Origin: Myxococcales bacterium
Lineage (GTDB): Bacteria; Myxococcota_A; Polyangia; Polyangiales; DASUME01
Length of the DNA: 64,000 bases
Assembly: GCA_047601445.1 (NCBI GenBank)
Contig: JASGJH010000001.1
Coordinates: 2,144,001-2,208,000, forward strand
Direction of reading: 5' to 3'
This document shows positions 18,891 through 28,317 of this stretch, piece by piece. The translations under genes and the position numbers were made by a program. The stretch's first letter is position 1, and each line of letters opens with the position of its first letter. A model generated the notes under the pieces. That model did no database searches, was not told the DNA's origin, and saw nothing but the letters and a program-made list of their open reading frames with translations.

Positions 18891-19295
18891 TCAAAGCGCG
18901 ACGGAGAGGGTCGCGTGATCGCTACCCACGGGACTGCGCTCGACCAGGTGCGCGAGCTGCTCGCGTAGGGCCTCGAAGCAGTAGGGCTTGGGCAAGAAGC
19001 CAATTTCGCCGACTTGGGCGCGCTCCAGCTGGGCACGCGTAAGGTGGTAGGCGCTCATCAAGATGACGCGCGTGCCTGGATGGGCGAAGCGCAGGCGACG
19101 GGCTAGTTCGAGGCCGTCCACACGCGGCATCATCAGGTCGCAGATGACGACGTCGACAGCTTCCCGCTTGAGGGTCTCGAGGGCATGGTGTCCATCGGAG
19201 GCCTCGAGGACTTCGTAACCCTCCATACGAATGCTGATCGACAGGCTGCGCCGATGATTGATCTCGTCGTCCACGATCAGAATTCGATGCGACAT
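18891..19295 (-). CDS. Single-domain response regulator (CheY-like)
   Basis: ILIVDDE, VICDLMMP, ILMSA, FLPKP; GAGG RBS. Confidence 0.9.
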   Translation of the reverse strand: MSHRILIVDDEINHRRSLSISIRMEGYEVLEASDGHHALETLKREAVDVVICDLMMPRVDGLELARRLRFAHPGTRVILMSAYHLTRAQLERAQVGEIGFLPKPYCFEALREQLAHLVERSPVGSDHATLSVAL

Positions 19296-19495
19296 GCTGT
19301 CCTCGACTCAGCGCCTCGCGAAGAGGCCATTCAGTGTTTGCTTGCGGCCAGGCCCGGACGGGAAGGCCGGTCTACCTGCGTCGACGCTGCCCGCGCCGTC
19401 CGCCTGGGTCGATGGGACGTGCCCTCGACTCCGTCGTTCAATGGCTACGCCCTTGGAGCGGTTCGCCGTTTGTCCGGTTAGTCGGTGGAACGTTT

Positions 19496-19511
19496 AGCAA
19501 CGGGCATGCCG
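19496..19511 (-). promoter_or_regulatory. Sigma-54 (-24/-12) promoter
   Basis: Minus strand CGGCATGCCCGTTGCT, a GG-N10-GC match to TGGCACG-N4-TTGCW. Confidence 0.8.
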
Positions 19512-19559
19512 CGCCTGGTGAGGGCTATTTGTCGCATAAAGTCGGCTGAAACGGGGGTA

Positions 19560-19607
19560 TTGCAGCGTTGAAGAGACGTCGTCTTTCCCGCATTTGCAAT
19601 ACTGCAA
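19560..19607. promoter_or_regulatory. Putative enhancer (bEBP-binding) palindrome pair
   Basis: TTGCA-GCGT-TGAAG (19560-19573) and perfect TTGCA-ATAC-TGCAA (19594-19607), about 50-95 bp upstream of the -24 box. Confidence 0.55.
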
Positions 19608-19699
19608 TGCCATTTGTGAAGCGCTCAAGGTAGGCAGGCACGCCAAAGGTGCGGAAAGTCACCGCCACCTCGGACATGCTCGACGACCCCAAGGCCCTG

Positions 19700-21094
19700 T
19701 CAGCCTGACCAGGTGACGTTGAGGCGCTTCATCTTGCGCCAGAGCGTGGTGGAGCTTAGTCCCAGCAGCTCGGCAGCGCGCTCCTTGTTGCCGTCTACCT
19801 CACGCAGCACGGCCTCGATGGCCTTGCGCTCGGCGTCGTCGACCACGTCCTGCAAGGCCCTTCCGGCAGCCTCGGCGCTCGGCCCCGCGCTGGCGGCGGC
19901 CTGGGCTCGCTCCTGAGCCCGCCTCGAGAGCTGCATCTCGGGCGGAATGACGTCGTCGCGCTGCACCACGCCGTTGACCGCGAGGGCCACGCCTTGCTCG
20001 ATCATGTTCTCGAGTTCGCGGATGTTACCGGGAAACTCGTAGCCCATCAGGTAGTCCATCACGCCTTCGCCCACGCTGACATGGCGCGACATCTTGCGGG
20101 CGAACTTGTCGACGAAGTGCTCGACCAATTGCGGGATGTCCTCGGGACGCTCGCGCAGTGGCGGCAGGATGAAGCGAGCCACGTTGAGGCGATAGTAGAG
20201 GTCCTGACGGAAGCGCTTCTCCTCGATGGAGACCTTCAGGTCCTGGTTGGTGGCCGCCACGATGCGCACGTCGACATGGATTGGCTTGTTGTCGCCAAGC
20301 CTGCGGATCTCGCCCTCCTGGATGGCGCGCAGCAGCTTGGCCTGGAACGACGGAGGCGTCTCGGCGATCTCATCGAAGAAGAAGGTGCCGCCGTTGGCCT
20401 CCTCGAAGAGCCCCTTGCGGGCGCTCACGGCGCCAGTGAAAGCACCGCGCACATGGCCGAAGAGCTCGCTCTCGAGCAGGGTCTCGCTGATGGCGGCGCA
20501 GTTCACCGAAACGAAGGGACGGGTCGCCCGCTTGCTGTTGGCGTGCACTGCTCGCGCCACCAGCTCCTTACCGGTGCCGCTCTCGCCCGTAATCAGGACG
20601 GTGGCATCGGTGGGGGCGATGCGAACGATGCGGGCGAGCACGTCGCGCACCGCGGCCGAACGCCCGATGATATTGTCGAACTTGTAGCGCTCGCGGAACT
20701 CCGCGGCCATGACGCTCATCTCGCCGGCCAAGCGGCGCTGCTCGACGGCCTTCTGCACGCGGAGCAAGAGCTCTTGCTCGGTAAACGGCTTCTGGATGTA
20801 GTCGTGGGCACCGATGCGCATGGCTTCGACCGCGCTCTCGATGGTGCCGAAGGCCGTCATCACCATGACCTCGGTAAGCTGCGAGATCTCCTTGGCTGCA
20901 CGCAACACGTCGAGCCCGTCGGTGCCGCCCATCTTCAGGTCGGTGAGCACCAGATCGTAGACTTCGGACGACAAGCGATCGACGGCGGCTTCGCCGTTCT
21001 CCGCTTCATCGACATCGTGCCCCGCGCCGCGAAGCATCATGGCGAGCGTGGTGCGCATGTTGCGCTGATCGTCGACAACTAGCAGCTTGGCCAT
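19700..21094 (-). CDS. Sigma-54-dependent response regulator (AtoC/ZraR-like)
   Basis: ATG 21094 [41 protein letters not shown]. Confidence 0.95.
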   Translation of the reverse strand: MAKLLVVDDQRNMRTTLAMMLRGAGHDVDEAENGEAAVDRLSSEVYDLVLTDLKMGGTDGLDVLRAAKEISQLTEVMVMTAFGTIESAVEAMRIGAHDYIQKPFTEQELLLRVQKAVEQRRLAGEMSVMAAEFRERYKFDNIIGRSAAVRDVLARIVRIAPTDATVLITGESGTGKELVARAVHANSKRATRPFVSVNCAAISETLLESELFGHVRGAFTGAVSARKGLFEEANGGTFFFDEIAETPPSFQAKLLRAIQEGEIRRLGDNKPIHVDVRIVAATNQDLKVSIEEKRFRQDLYYRLNVARFILPPLRERPEDIPQLVEHFVDKFARKMSRHVSVGEGVMDYLMGYEFPGNIRELENMIEQGVALAVNGVVQRDDVIPPEMQLSRRAQERAQAAASAGPSAEAAGRALQDVVDDAERKAIEAVLREVDGNKERAAELLGLSSTTLWRKMKRLNVTWSG

Positions 21095-21289
21095 CTCTCT
21101 TATGCCGGTCGAAGCGCGCTGGTTCGCGCTAGCCAATCGTTCATCGTGCGCGCGGGACCGCGAGAGCCCACGAGCTCTCTCGTTGCAGCCGCCCCCGGAA
21201 CCGCCGCGCCTCTTGCGAGCCTAACACGCCGAGACGTACCAGGGGAGGCACCCCCTCTCAAAGCGGTCAGCGCGCCGGGAGGTCCGAAC

Positions 21290-22609
21290 TCAGGCCACCA
21301 GCGGCTCCACGGCCGCGACGATTTGCTCGCGGAGCTCGGCGGGGAAGACCAGACGGGGCCGTAGGGTGCGTTTGTTCCGGAGCTCTCGAAGCAGGAAGGA
21401 AACATCCCCCAAGCGAGCCATCGGGCGGTGGCGCAACGAAACCCAGAGCGCGCTGGAGCCGGCCCCCTTGGGTTCGGCGTAGGGAACGTCGCGCGGTACG
21501 TCCAGCCACACGTAGAGGTCGGGTCGGAAACCATGGGCCAGGGCAATCTCCGAGGCGCGCTGATGGCATTCGCGCCAGACGGGCTCCTGCTCCACGTGAT
21601 CGGGCAGCGGCAGCGTCTTGGGTAGGGCCCGCGCCATGAAGCGTCGACACAGGTCTGCGAGCAGCGCGTCGCCGTCTTGTTGCCAGGCCGCGATACACGA
21701 CGTGAGGGCCGCGTCATCGAGCATCAGGTACTCCCCCGGGGTGACCACCTCCTCCCGCGCCGCCCGGATCAGCGCGACGGGGACCGGGTCGAGGCTCGCG
21801 CCCTCGCGCGAGAGCTCCGCCGCACGCGCGAAGATGCCGCGCACCAGGGCCTCGGCCGCTCGGACAGCCTTGTGGTGATAGACCTGCTGATACATGAAGT
21901 GCCGCGCCAGGAAGAAGCCCTCGATGGGCGGCAGGCCCTTGCGCCCTTCGATGGCTAGCACGTAGCGTGAGCTGCCGTCTTCCTCGCGGACCTCGCCGAA
22001 CGACAGGGCGCGCAGCAGCCAATCGAGATCGTAGACGCCATAGCGCACGCCCGTCATCAGACTGTCCCGCAAGAGGTAGTCGCAGCGGTCGACGTCGAGG
22101 GTTCCGCTCACGGCGTGGCCGAGGTAGCCGAGCCGGTGTTTTCCCCGCACGAGCTGGGCCACTCGCGCCGCGGTGCCCGCTGAAAAGGTCTCGAGGGCCC
22201 GGTGCAGTTCACTGTCCGGGTTGGCGATCAACTGCTCCGTCCAGTCCTCGTGCTTGAGGGTGCCGGGGAGGACGTCCTCGTAGAGATGGGAGAAGGGACC
22301 GTGACCCAGGTCGTGCAACACGGCGGCCGCTAGCGCCTCCATGCGGCTCTGGGCATCGAGCCGTTGCTCCGGCGGCAACACGTGCTCCGCCTGGGCGATG
22401 CGGTCGAGCAGCCGACCCATGACGTAGCCGGTTCCGATGGCATGGGCGAAGCGCGAGTGCTCGGCGCCGGGAAACACCAGGGAGGCCAGGCCGAGCTGCC
22501 GGACACGGCGCAGACGCTGCAGCTCGGGGGTTCCCACCAGGGCTTGCACCACGCGCTCACGCTCGCCCTCGAAAGCCACGAGCCCATGCACTGGATCGCG
22601 AAGAATCAT
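21290..22609 (-). CDS. HD-domain phosphohydrolase (SAMHD1/YwfO-like dNTPase family)
   Basis: RDPVHG, QRLRRVRQLG, HSRFAH, HDLGHGPFSH, DVDRCDYLLRDS, MYQQVYHHK. Confidence 0.9.
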   Translation of the reverse strand: MILRDPVHGLVAFEGERERVVQALVGTPELQRLRRVRQLGLASLVFPGAEHSRFAHAIGTGYVMGRLLDRIAQAEHVLPPEQRLDAQSRMEALAAAVLHDLGHGPFSHLYEDVLPGTLKHEDWTEQLIANPDSELHRALETFSAGTAARVAQLVRGKHRLGYLGHAVSGTLDVDRCDYLLRDSLMTGVRYGVYDLDWLLRALSFGEVREEDGSSRYVLAIEGRKGLPPIEGFFLARHFMYQQVYHHKAVRAAEALVRGIFARAAELSREGASLDPVPVALIRAAREEVVTPGEYLMLDDAALTSCIAAWQQDGDALLADLCRRFMARALPKTLPLPDHVEQEPVWRECHQRASEIALAHGFRPDLYVWLDVPRDVPYAEPKGAGSSALWVSLRHRPMARLGDVSFLLRELRNKRTLRPRLVFPAELREQIVAAVEPLVA

Positions 22610-22615
22610 GTGCCG

Positions 22616-24112
22616 TCAGTGTACCCGAGGGGAGCCGCGAGCAGCCGATACCAACGTTCCAAATCGACCGTCGCGGGGCACCACATAGTGCTCGAGGCGG
22701 GAAGAAGTGATTGCGACCACGTCTTCGTGCCAGAGCGGGATCACGGGAAGCTCCTGGGCGAGCAGATCTTGCACCTGGCGATAGATCGGGATGCGCTGCT
22801 CGAGCACCACCGTCGCCCGCCCCCGCTCGAGCAGGCGATCGAGTTCCGGGTTGCGCAGACGCCAACGATTGCCGCCCTCACGTACGCCTGGCTCGGGCAC
22901 GCGATCGCTGGCGAAGAACCAGCTCAAGGTGTGGGGCTCGAAGACCTCCGGCAACTGCATCAGCGTCATCTCGAAGCGACCCCGGGCGAGATCGGCGAGC
23001 AAGGTGGCCGATTCACTGGGGCGCACGTCGACCTCCACCCCCACGGCCTGCCACATCGACACCAGGGCTCGCGCCACAGAGACCATGAAACGGTCGCTGC
23101 CCGTCCGTAACACCAGGCTCAAGGGTCGCGCTGCGTCGTAGCCGGCGGCACGCAGGAGCTCACGCGCGCGGGCCGGGTCGTGGGCGTGGCCAGGCGTGTC
23201 GCTGGCATGGGCCCAGTGCCCGGGCACGATGAAGCTGCTGGCGAGGCGGGCGCGGCCACCCAGCTTGTGACGAACGATCCCCTCGCGGTCGATCGCGAGG
23301 GCGAGGGCCGTACGAACCTGTCTGTTCGAGAGGGCAGCATGGGAGAGGTTGAGGCCCACGTAGGTGGTGCCGACCCCGGGCGCGGTGCGGACGCGAAAGC
23401 GTGGTGGCGAGAACAACGGTACGAGAAGCGGCGGAATCACGTTGAGCGCCAGGTCGCCCGCGCCTGCGAGCATGCGCAAGGCGCGGGTGTTGTCGTCGCG
23501 GACGATCACGAAGCGCAACCTGGGGAAGCTCGGCTGTCCCAGGCTGTAGAAACGATTCGCCACCAGCTGGAGCTCCCCTCGATCGGCGCTCTGAAGCACG
23601 TAGGGGCCCGAGCCCACGGGCTTGGCCTTGGGGTTCGCGGGACGCACGGCGTCTTCGGCGCGCAGGATGGGGATCTCGAGATCGGTGATGAACGTGGCGT
23701 GGGGCTCGCCTAGCTCGAACTCGACCTCTCGGGGAGACAACGCCCGCACCGTGCGAATGCGGCGATAGGTGCTCGCGTAGCGGGTCTTGAGCTGAGGATC
23801 GACCAGGCCGCGGAAGGTGGCCACCACGTCGTCGGCGTCGAGCGAGCTCCCGTCCGAAAAGCGCAGGTTCTCGCGCAGGACCACCCGATAGCGGGTCGGC
23901 GTCACGAGTTCGACGCGCTCGGCCAGCCACGGTTCGGGCGTGAGGCTGAGCGGGTCGATGCGCGTCAAGGATGCGTGCAGGAGGCGCGAGAGCTTGAGAC
24001 CGTAGGCGTCGCCGACGTAGCGCGGGTCGAGCTGATCGGGCTCGCGGGGGAGCAGCACCACCAAGGTGTCCGCCGCGGCGGGCTCTGCCTGGTCCCGAGC
24101 GCAGCCCGCCAT
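22616..24112 (-). CDS. ABC transporter solute-binding lipoprotein, family 5 (peptide/nickel); true start uncertain and probably upstream
   Basis: LDPRY, LRENLRFSDGSSLDADDVVATF, GSGPYVL, VRTALALAIDR, QELPVIPLW. In-frame upstream CLFLLLLCMAGC lipobox. The 807-aa ORF-track extension is antisense to dacB and not real. Confidence 0.85.
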   Translation of the reverse strand: MAGCARDQAEPAAADTLVVLLPREPDQLDPRYVGDAYGLKLSRLLHASLTRIDPLSLTPEPWLAERVELVTPTRYRVVLRENLRFSDGSSLDADDVVATFRGLVDPQLKTRYASTYRRIRTVRALSPREVEFELGEPHATFITDLEIPILRAEDAVRPANPKAKPVGSGPYVLQSADRGELQLVANRFYSLGQPSFPRLRFVIVRDDNTRALRMLAGAGDLALNVIPPLLVPLFSPPRFRVRTAPGVGTTYVGLNLSHAALSNRQVRTALALAIDREGIVRHKLGGRARLASSFIVPGHWAHASDTPGHAHDPARARELLRAAGYDAARPLSLVLRTGSDRFMVSVARALVSMWQAVGVEVDVRPSESATLLADLARGRFEMTLMQLPEVFEPHTLSWFFASDRVPEPGVREGGNRWRLRNPELDRLLERGRATVVLEQRIPIYRQVQDLLAQELPVIPLWHEDVVAITSSRLEHYVVPRDGRFGTLVSAARGSPRVH

Positions 24113-24137
24113 GCACAGGAGGAGCAGGAATAGGCAG

Positions 24138-24197
24138 GCGATTTTCGGACACGCGATTTTTGGCCGCGCGATGTTTGGGTGCGCGATTTTTGGCCGC
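24138..24197. repeat. 4 x 15-bp tandem repeat
   Basis: GCGATTTTCGGACAC / GCGATTTTTGGCCGC / GCGATGTTTGGGTGC / GCGATTTTTGGCCGC. Confidence 0.9.
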
Positions 24198-24229
24198 CAC
24201 GAATGGCGCGAGAGGCTAGCCTCCAGCCC

Positions 24230-25684
24230 ATGCTTCAGGGGTTTCGCGCGCTGCGCTCCAGTTTGTACCTGTGTGCTTCGTTGGCCCTCGGCCTGGCCCC
24301 GCTCTCGAAGGCTCGCGCCGAAGCCCCGGCGGCACTCGTCGGTCGATTGTCGGAGCTGATTCAAAAGGCCGGTCTCGGAAATGGCGTCGGCATCGTGGTG
24401 GCCAACGCGTTGACTGGGGAGAGAATCTACACCCTCAATCCCGAAACTCCACGCAATCCAGCCTCCAACATGAAGCTCGTGACGGCAGCCACGGCGCTCG
24501 CCGAGCTCGGTCCGAGCTACCGCATGCGCACCACGCTCGCCGGGGCGCTCGCGGAGGATGGTACGGTGGACACCCTGGTGTTGCGCGGAGAGGGCGATCC
24601 TTCCTTCGATTTCGCGGATCTGCTGGGACTCGCGCGGCGCCTGGTAGAGCTCGGCGTACGCAAGGTCGAGAACATCGTGGTGGACGGAAGCTACTTCGAC
24701 GATCGCATCTTGCCACCCGCGTTCGAACAGCAGCCCAACGAGATCGCGGCCTTCCGCGCGGCCGTCGCGGCGGTATCGGTGGATCGCAATGCCTACGATC
24801 TGCGGCTCGCGCCAGGTCCTGCGGCGGACGCACCGGCCAGCGTGATCCTGCGCTGTCCCGACTACTTCGCGGTGGAGTCCGCGTTGACCACGACCGCCAC
24901 GGGCGCTCCCGCCGTGGTGGCCGAGCAGCGGGCCCAGGGCGAGCTGCTGAGTCTCAAGTTGAAGGGCAGCGTGCCGCTCGGCATTCGCGGGGTTGCCTAC
25001 GAGCGCCGGGTGGAGTCCCCCCTCCCCTACGCCGGCCACTGCCTGCGCGCCGCCCTGCGCTCACAACGGGTCGGCGGCAGCATGCGCGTACGTACCAACA
25101 ACCCGCCAGCTGGCCTGCCGGTGCTGGTGGCCGTGGAGTCGGAGACCCTGACCGAGCTCCTCGGACCGGTGGGCAAGAACAGCGACAACTTCTTCGCGGA
25201 GATGTTGCTCAAGGTAATCGGAGCCCACGCCCAACACCGACCGGGCAGCTCGGCGGGCGGAGCTGAGCGCGCGCAGCTCTTGCTCGAGCAGGCAGGCGTC
25301 GCCCGCGGCGCGGCCAAGATGGTGAACGGCTCCGGGCTCTTCAAGGGGGGAGCCATCGCGCCGGACCACCTGGTGAAGCTGCTGGTCCACATGTATCGCG
25401 ACCCGAGTCTGCGCTCGGAGTACATCGCGCAGCTCGCGATTGCGGGCGTGGACGGGACGCTGCGAAACCGGCTCACGGACGCAGCCAGGGCAGGCGTGGT
25501 CCGCGCGAAGACCGGGACCCTGGATGATGCGATCTCGCTCAGCGGATACGTGCTCGGGAAGACACCAGACCAGGATCTGGCCTTCAGCTTCTTGATGAAC
25601 GGCATCGCCGGTAAGCAGTGGCAAGCACGGGCGCTCGCGGACGACCTGGCGCGCGCTCTGGTGAGCCATCTCTACTCGAACTGA
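24230..25684 (+). CDS. dacB: D-alanyl-D-alanine carboxypeptidase/endopeptidase (PBP4, peptidase S13)
   Basis: SxxK (PASNMK), SDN, NGSGL and KTG motifs; signal peptide from ATG 24230. Confidence 0.95.
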   Translation: MLQGFRALRSSLYLCASLALGLAPLSKARAEAPAALVGRLSELIQKAGLGNGVGIVVANALTGERIYTLNPETPRNPASNMKLVTAATALAELGPSYRMRTTLAGALAEDGTVDTLVLRGEGDPSFDFADLLGLARRLVELGVRKVENIVVDGSYFDDRILPPAFEQQPNEIAAFRAAVAAVSVDRNAYDLRLAPGPAADAPASVILRCPDYFAVESALTTTATGAPAVVAEQRAQGELLSLKLKGSVPLGIRGVAYERRVESPLPYAGHCLRAALRSQRVGGSMRVRTNNPPAGLPVLVAVESETLTELLGPVGKNSDNFFAEMLLKVIGAHAQHRPGSSAGGAERAQLLLEQAGVARGAAKMVNGSGLFKGGAIAPDHLVKLLVHMYRDPSLRSEYIAQLAIAGVDGTLRNRLTDAARAGVVRAKTGTLDDAISLSGYVLGKTPDQDLAFSFLMNGIAGKQWQARALADDLARALVSHLYSN

Positions 25685-25757
25685 AGCCCCCCTGGCGTGC
25701 AGTGAGTGAAGCGAACCCGCGCAGGGGTGGGTCTCGGCGCGGCTTTGCCGCGACGGG

Positions 25758-25781
25758 CGGGGAGGTCGCGTGACCTCCCCG
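25758..25781. terminator. Hairpin between convergent dacB and sigma genes
   Basis: CGGGGAGGTC-GCGT-GACCTCCCCG perfect 10-bp stem. Confidence 0.6.
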
Positions 25782-25794
25782 GCAACAAATGCGT

Positions 25795-27144
25795 TCAGTC
25801 CTTGAGGGCCTTGCGAATCTTGCCGAGAGCCTGCTCCTGCAACTGCCGGATGCGCTCGCGCGAGAGATTGTACTTGTCGCCGATTTCCTTGAGCGTGAGC
25901 TCTTCCTCGTCGTCGAGGCCGAAGCGCCAGCGCAGGATGCGGGACTCCATGGGGGACAGCTGCCCGAGCAGGCGCTGCACCTCGTCCGTCCAGGCCTGCT
26001 GCACCAACGTGTCGTGGGGCGACGGGATGCTCTCGCTCTCCAGGAAATCCACGAACTTGCGGCCGTCTTCGTCGTTGACGGGGCGGTCGAGTGAGAACGG
26101 GGTCTCGGCCCAGTAGCCCTGCATCTTCTCGAGCTTGTCCTCGGCGATGCCCGTCTCCTTGGCCAGTTCCTCGGTGCTCGGCTCCTTGCCGGTGCGTGAG
26201 CTCAGAGCCTGGGTGGCCTTCTGGACGCGGTTGAACGTGTCGAGCATGTGGACCGGGATGCGCACCGCACGGCCCTTGTCGGCCAGCGCACGGCTGATGG
26301 CGTGGCGGATCCACCACGAAGCGTACGTGCTGAAGCGATACCCGCGCGTGTGATCGAAGCGCTCGACCGCCTTCATGAGACCGAGGTTGCCCTCCTGGAT
26401 CAGGTCGATCAGCGGCATGCGGCCGCGGTTGTAGCGGCGCGCGATGGAGACCACGAGGCGCAGGTTGGCGGCCACGAAGCGGTTCTTGGCCTGCTTCTGC
26501 ACCCGGCGGGCCTCGTCGACCCCCTCGATGTACTTGCGGAAGGCCGGCGTGACCTGGACCTCACCGCCGATCAAGTCGCGCTCGTCGGCGTAGCGACCGG
26601 CCACCCGCCACACGGCCGCGCAGGCGCTCTCGACGTACACGCGGTCGCCATCGAGCTCGCGTAGCTTGACCGCGAGGTCCCAGCTCAACTTTTCCCACTG
26701 CTGTTGGTTCTTCTTGCCGAAGCGCGCCGTCAGGGCGGAAGGCGCGAGCTTGGTCAGCTCCGCGAGTTCTTCGGGGACGGGCTGCTGATGCTCGACAATG
26801 GCGCGCTCCACGATGCCCGCCACGGTCTCGAAGGCCGGCGCGTAGCCGAACAGGGTGGTCCAGTACTTACGTTCGAGGTCTTCGACCAGCTTGGCCGCCT
26901 CAACCTCTTCGTCGGGCCGCAGCACGCGGTGGGTCGCCATGTCGCGGAAGTAGCGCGAGAGCATGGTGTCGCCGGTGGCCTTGTCTTCAGCGCGGGTGTT
27001 ATCGCTGACGCGCTCTTCTTCCATGGACGAGAGCGCGGCGTCATCGGGCAGCTCGAACTCGGCCGACTCGAGGAGCTCCTCGGAATCGGACATCGACGAT
27101 GACGACGACTCGCGAACTACTGCGGCTTGAGAGCTCTTGGTCAT
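25795..27144 (-). CDS. Alternative sigma-70 factor, RpoD/SigA-like regions 1.2-4 (not the primary sigma)
   Basis: LSRYFRDM (1.2), [50 protein letters not shown]...[11 protein letters not shown] 27144 has a GGAAGG RBS; the frame is open back to GTG 27561. Confidence 0.9.
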   Translation of the reverse strand: MTKSSQAAVVRESSSSSMSDSEELLESAEFELPDDAALSSMEEERVSDNTRAEDKATGDTMLSRYFRDMATHRVLRPDEEVEAAKLVEDLERKYWTTLFGYAPAFETVAGIVERAIVEHQQPVPEELAELTKLAPSALTARFGKKNQQQWEKLSWDLAVKLRELDGDRVYVESACAAVWRVAGRYADERDLIGGEVQVTPAFRKYIEGVDEARRVQKQAKNRFVAANLRLVVSIARRYNRGRMPLIDLIQEGNLGLMKAVERFDHTRGYRFSTYASWWIRHAISRALADKGRAVRIPVHMLDTFNRVQKATQALSSRTGKEPSTEELAKETGIAEDKLEKMQGYWAETPFSLDRPVNDEDGRKFVDFLESESIPSPHDTLVQQAWTDEVQRLLGQLSPMESRILRWRFGLDDEEELTLKEIGDKYNLSRERIRQLQEQALGKIRKALKD

Positions 27145-28317
27145 GGCGCTTCCTTCCGTCCGGTTCGAGCGGAGGCGGCGCTGCGCCCCTTTTCGTGGTT
27201 CACGTCCTGCCTCGTCTACGTTCGCCTGCTCGTGCGCACTCCCCTCGGTTTCACCGCGACGCAGCGCGCGCCGGGCCTTGTCCCGCAAGGGTCGACCCGA
27301 TACCTCGCCACGGCGGGCCACACGCGTGGATGCCCCGGACGCTTGCCTACTCCTCGGCTTCCTGGTTTCGCTCCGCACGGTGTCCTCATCGTCAACAACG
27401 TCCACCTCGAACGAACCATTTCCCGGACGTTGGCCTTCTCCCACTAAGACGGGAGAACTGACCTCATTGAGCTCGTCGTACGGATGAGCTGCAGAGTTAC
27501 TATTTCCGAGGTGGCGCCTGGTGTTCGGGGCGGTCACGTTCTTTACGCTTTCTGGTTCCACGGCCGCGTACTTGCGATCGTGGCCACTGCTTTCGCCTGG
27601 TTTCCCGGAGGGGTGAACCTCCGTGCCGCGTCGGGTGCGGCTGAGGGAATCAATGCAAACAGCGTGCGCGTTGCAAAAGTGGCCAAGTACGCCGCAGGCG
27701 TAACGTGTGGAAGCACCCGAAAACGCACACAGTCACGCTCCCTTCCCCAGGGCGAGAACGAGGGTTTTCGCACCTCTGAAAGGGCCCGCGGGCCGAACCG
27801 GGTTTCGGATCATGGGATAGCTGAGGCGCGCCGCGGCGCAGCATCAGGTGCCGCGGATCACCTGGGCTCCGCTCCGGCCTTGGAATGGCCCCGCGTATGG
27901 GCTGCCCTCGAGGCGCGCGCGCTGGGTCTGCTCGATCTACCGCGGTTCCGTCCAACCCCGACACCAAATCATGGGTGAGATGGCAAGGCGCGGCCCACGC
28001 TTCGCGCGTCGGCGCTGCCAAGGCAGATCACCGAATCGACTCGCACGTCGCCTGGAGGACTGCGCCCAATGCGTCGCTGCAGGGATTGTCTAAGCCCTAC
28101 TTTTCGCGACGACGAACAAAGCACCACAGCGCTGCGGCCTGCATGCAGGGCAAAAGCTGCGCAGTCGCGTGCGCGTTGTGGCGGATTTGTTCGACGTATT
28201 TGCGTGTTCATCGAAGCCAGCCGCGTCGAAGCTCGAAAGCTGTGCGCGGGCTCCGCACGGTGAGGCGCTACACAACACGCCTCCGCGCCCACAGCAGGCT
28301 GAGCTATGGTGCGCGCC

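Noticed and set aside
21290..22609. HD dNTPase as an anti-phage defence gene (also considered for the WYL regulator)
   Set aside because: Housekeeping context, host-like composition, and no defence or mobile genes nearby.
24138..24197. Tandem repeat considered as a CRISPR or iteron array
   Set aside because: Contiguous 15-bp units with no spacers; no cas or rep genes nearby.
27654..27669. Sigma-54-like GCGCACGCTGTTTGCA on the minus strand upstream of the sigma gene
   Set aside because: The invariant GG at -24 is CG; not enough support to call.
28140..28200. CAGGGCAAA resembling the start of a c-di-GMP-I (GEMM) riboswitch
   Set aside because: Lacks the GAAA tetraloop stem and the GGGACGCAAAGC segment.
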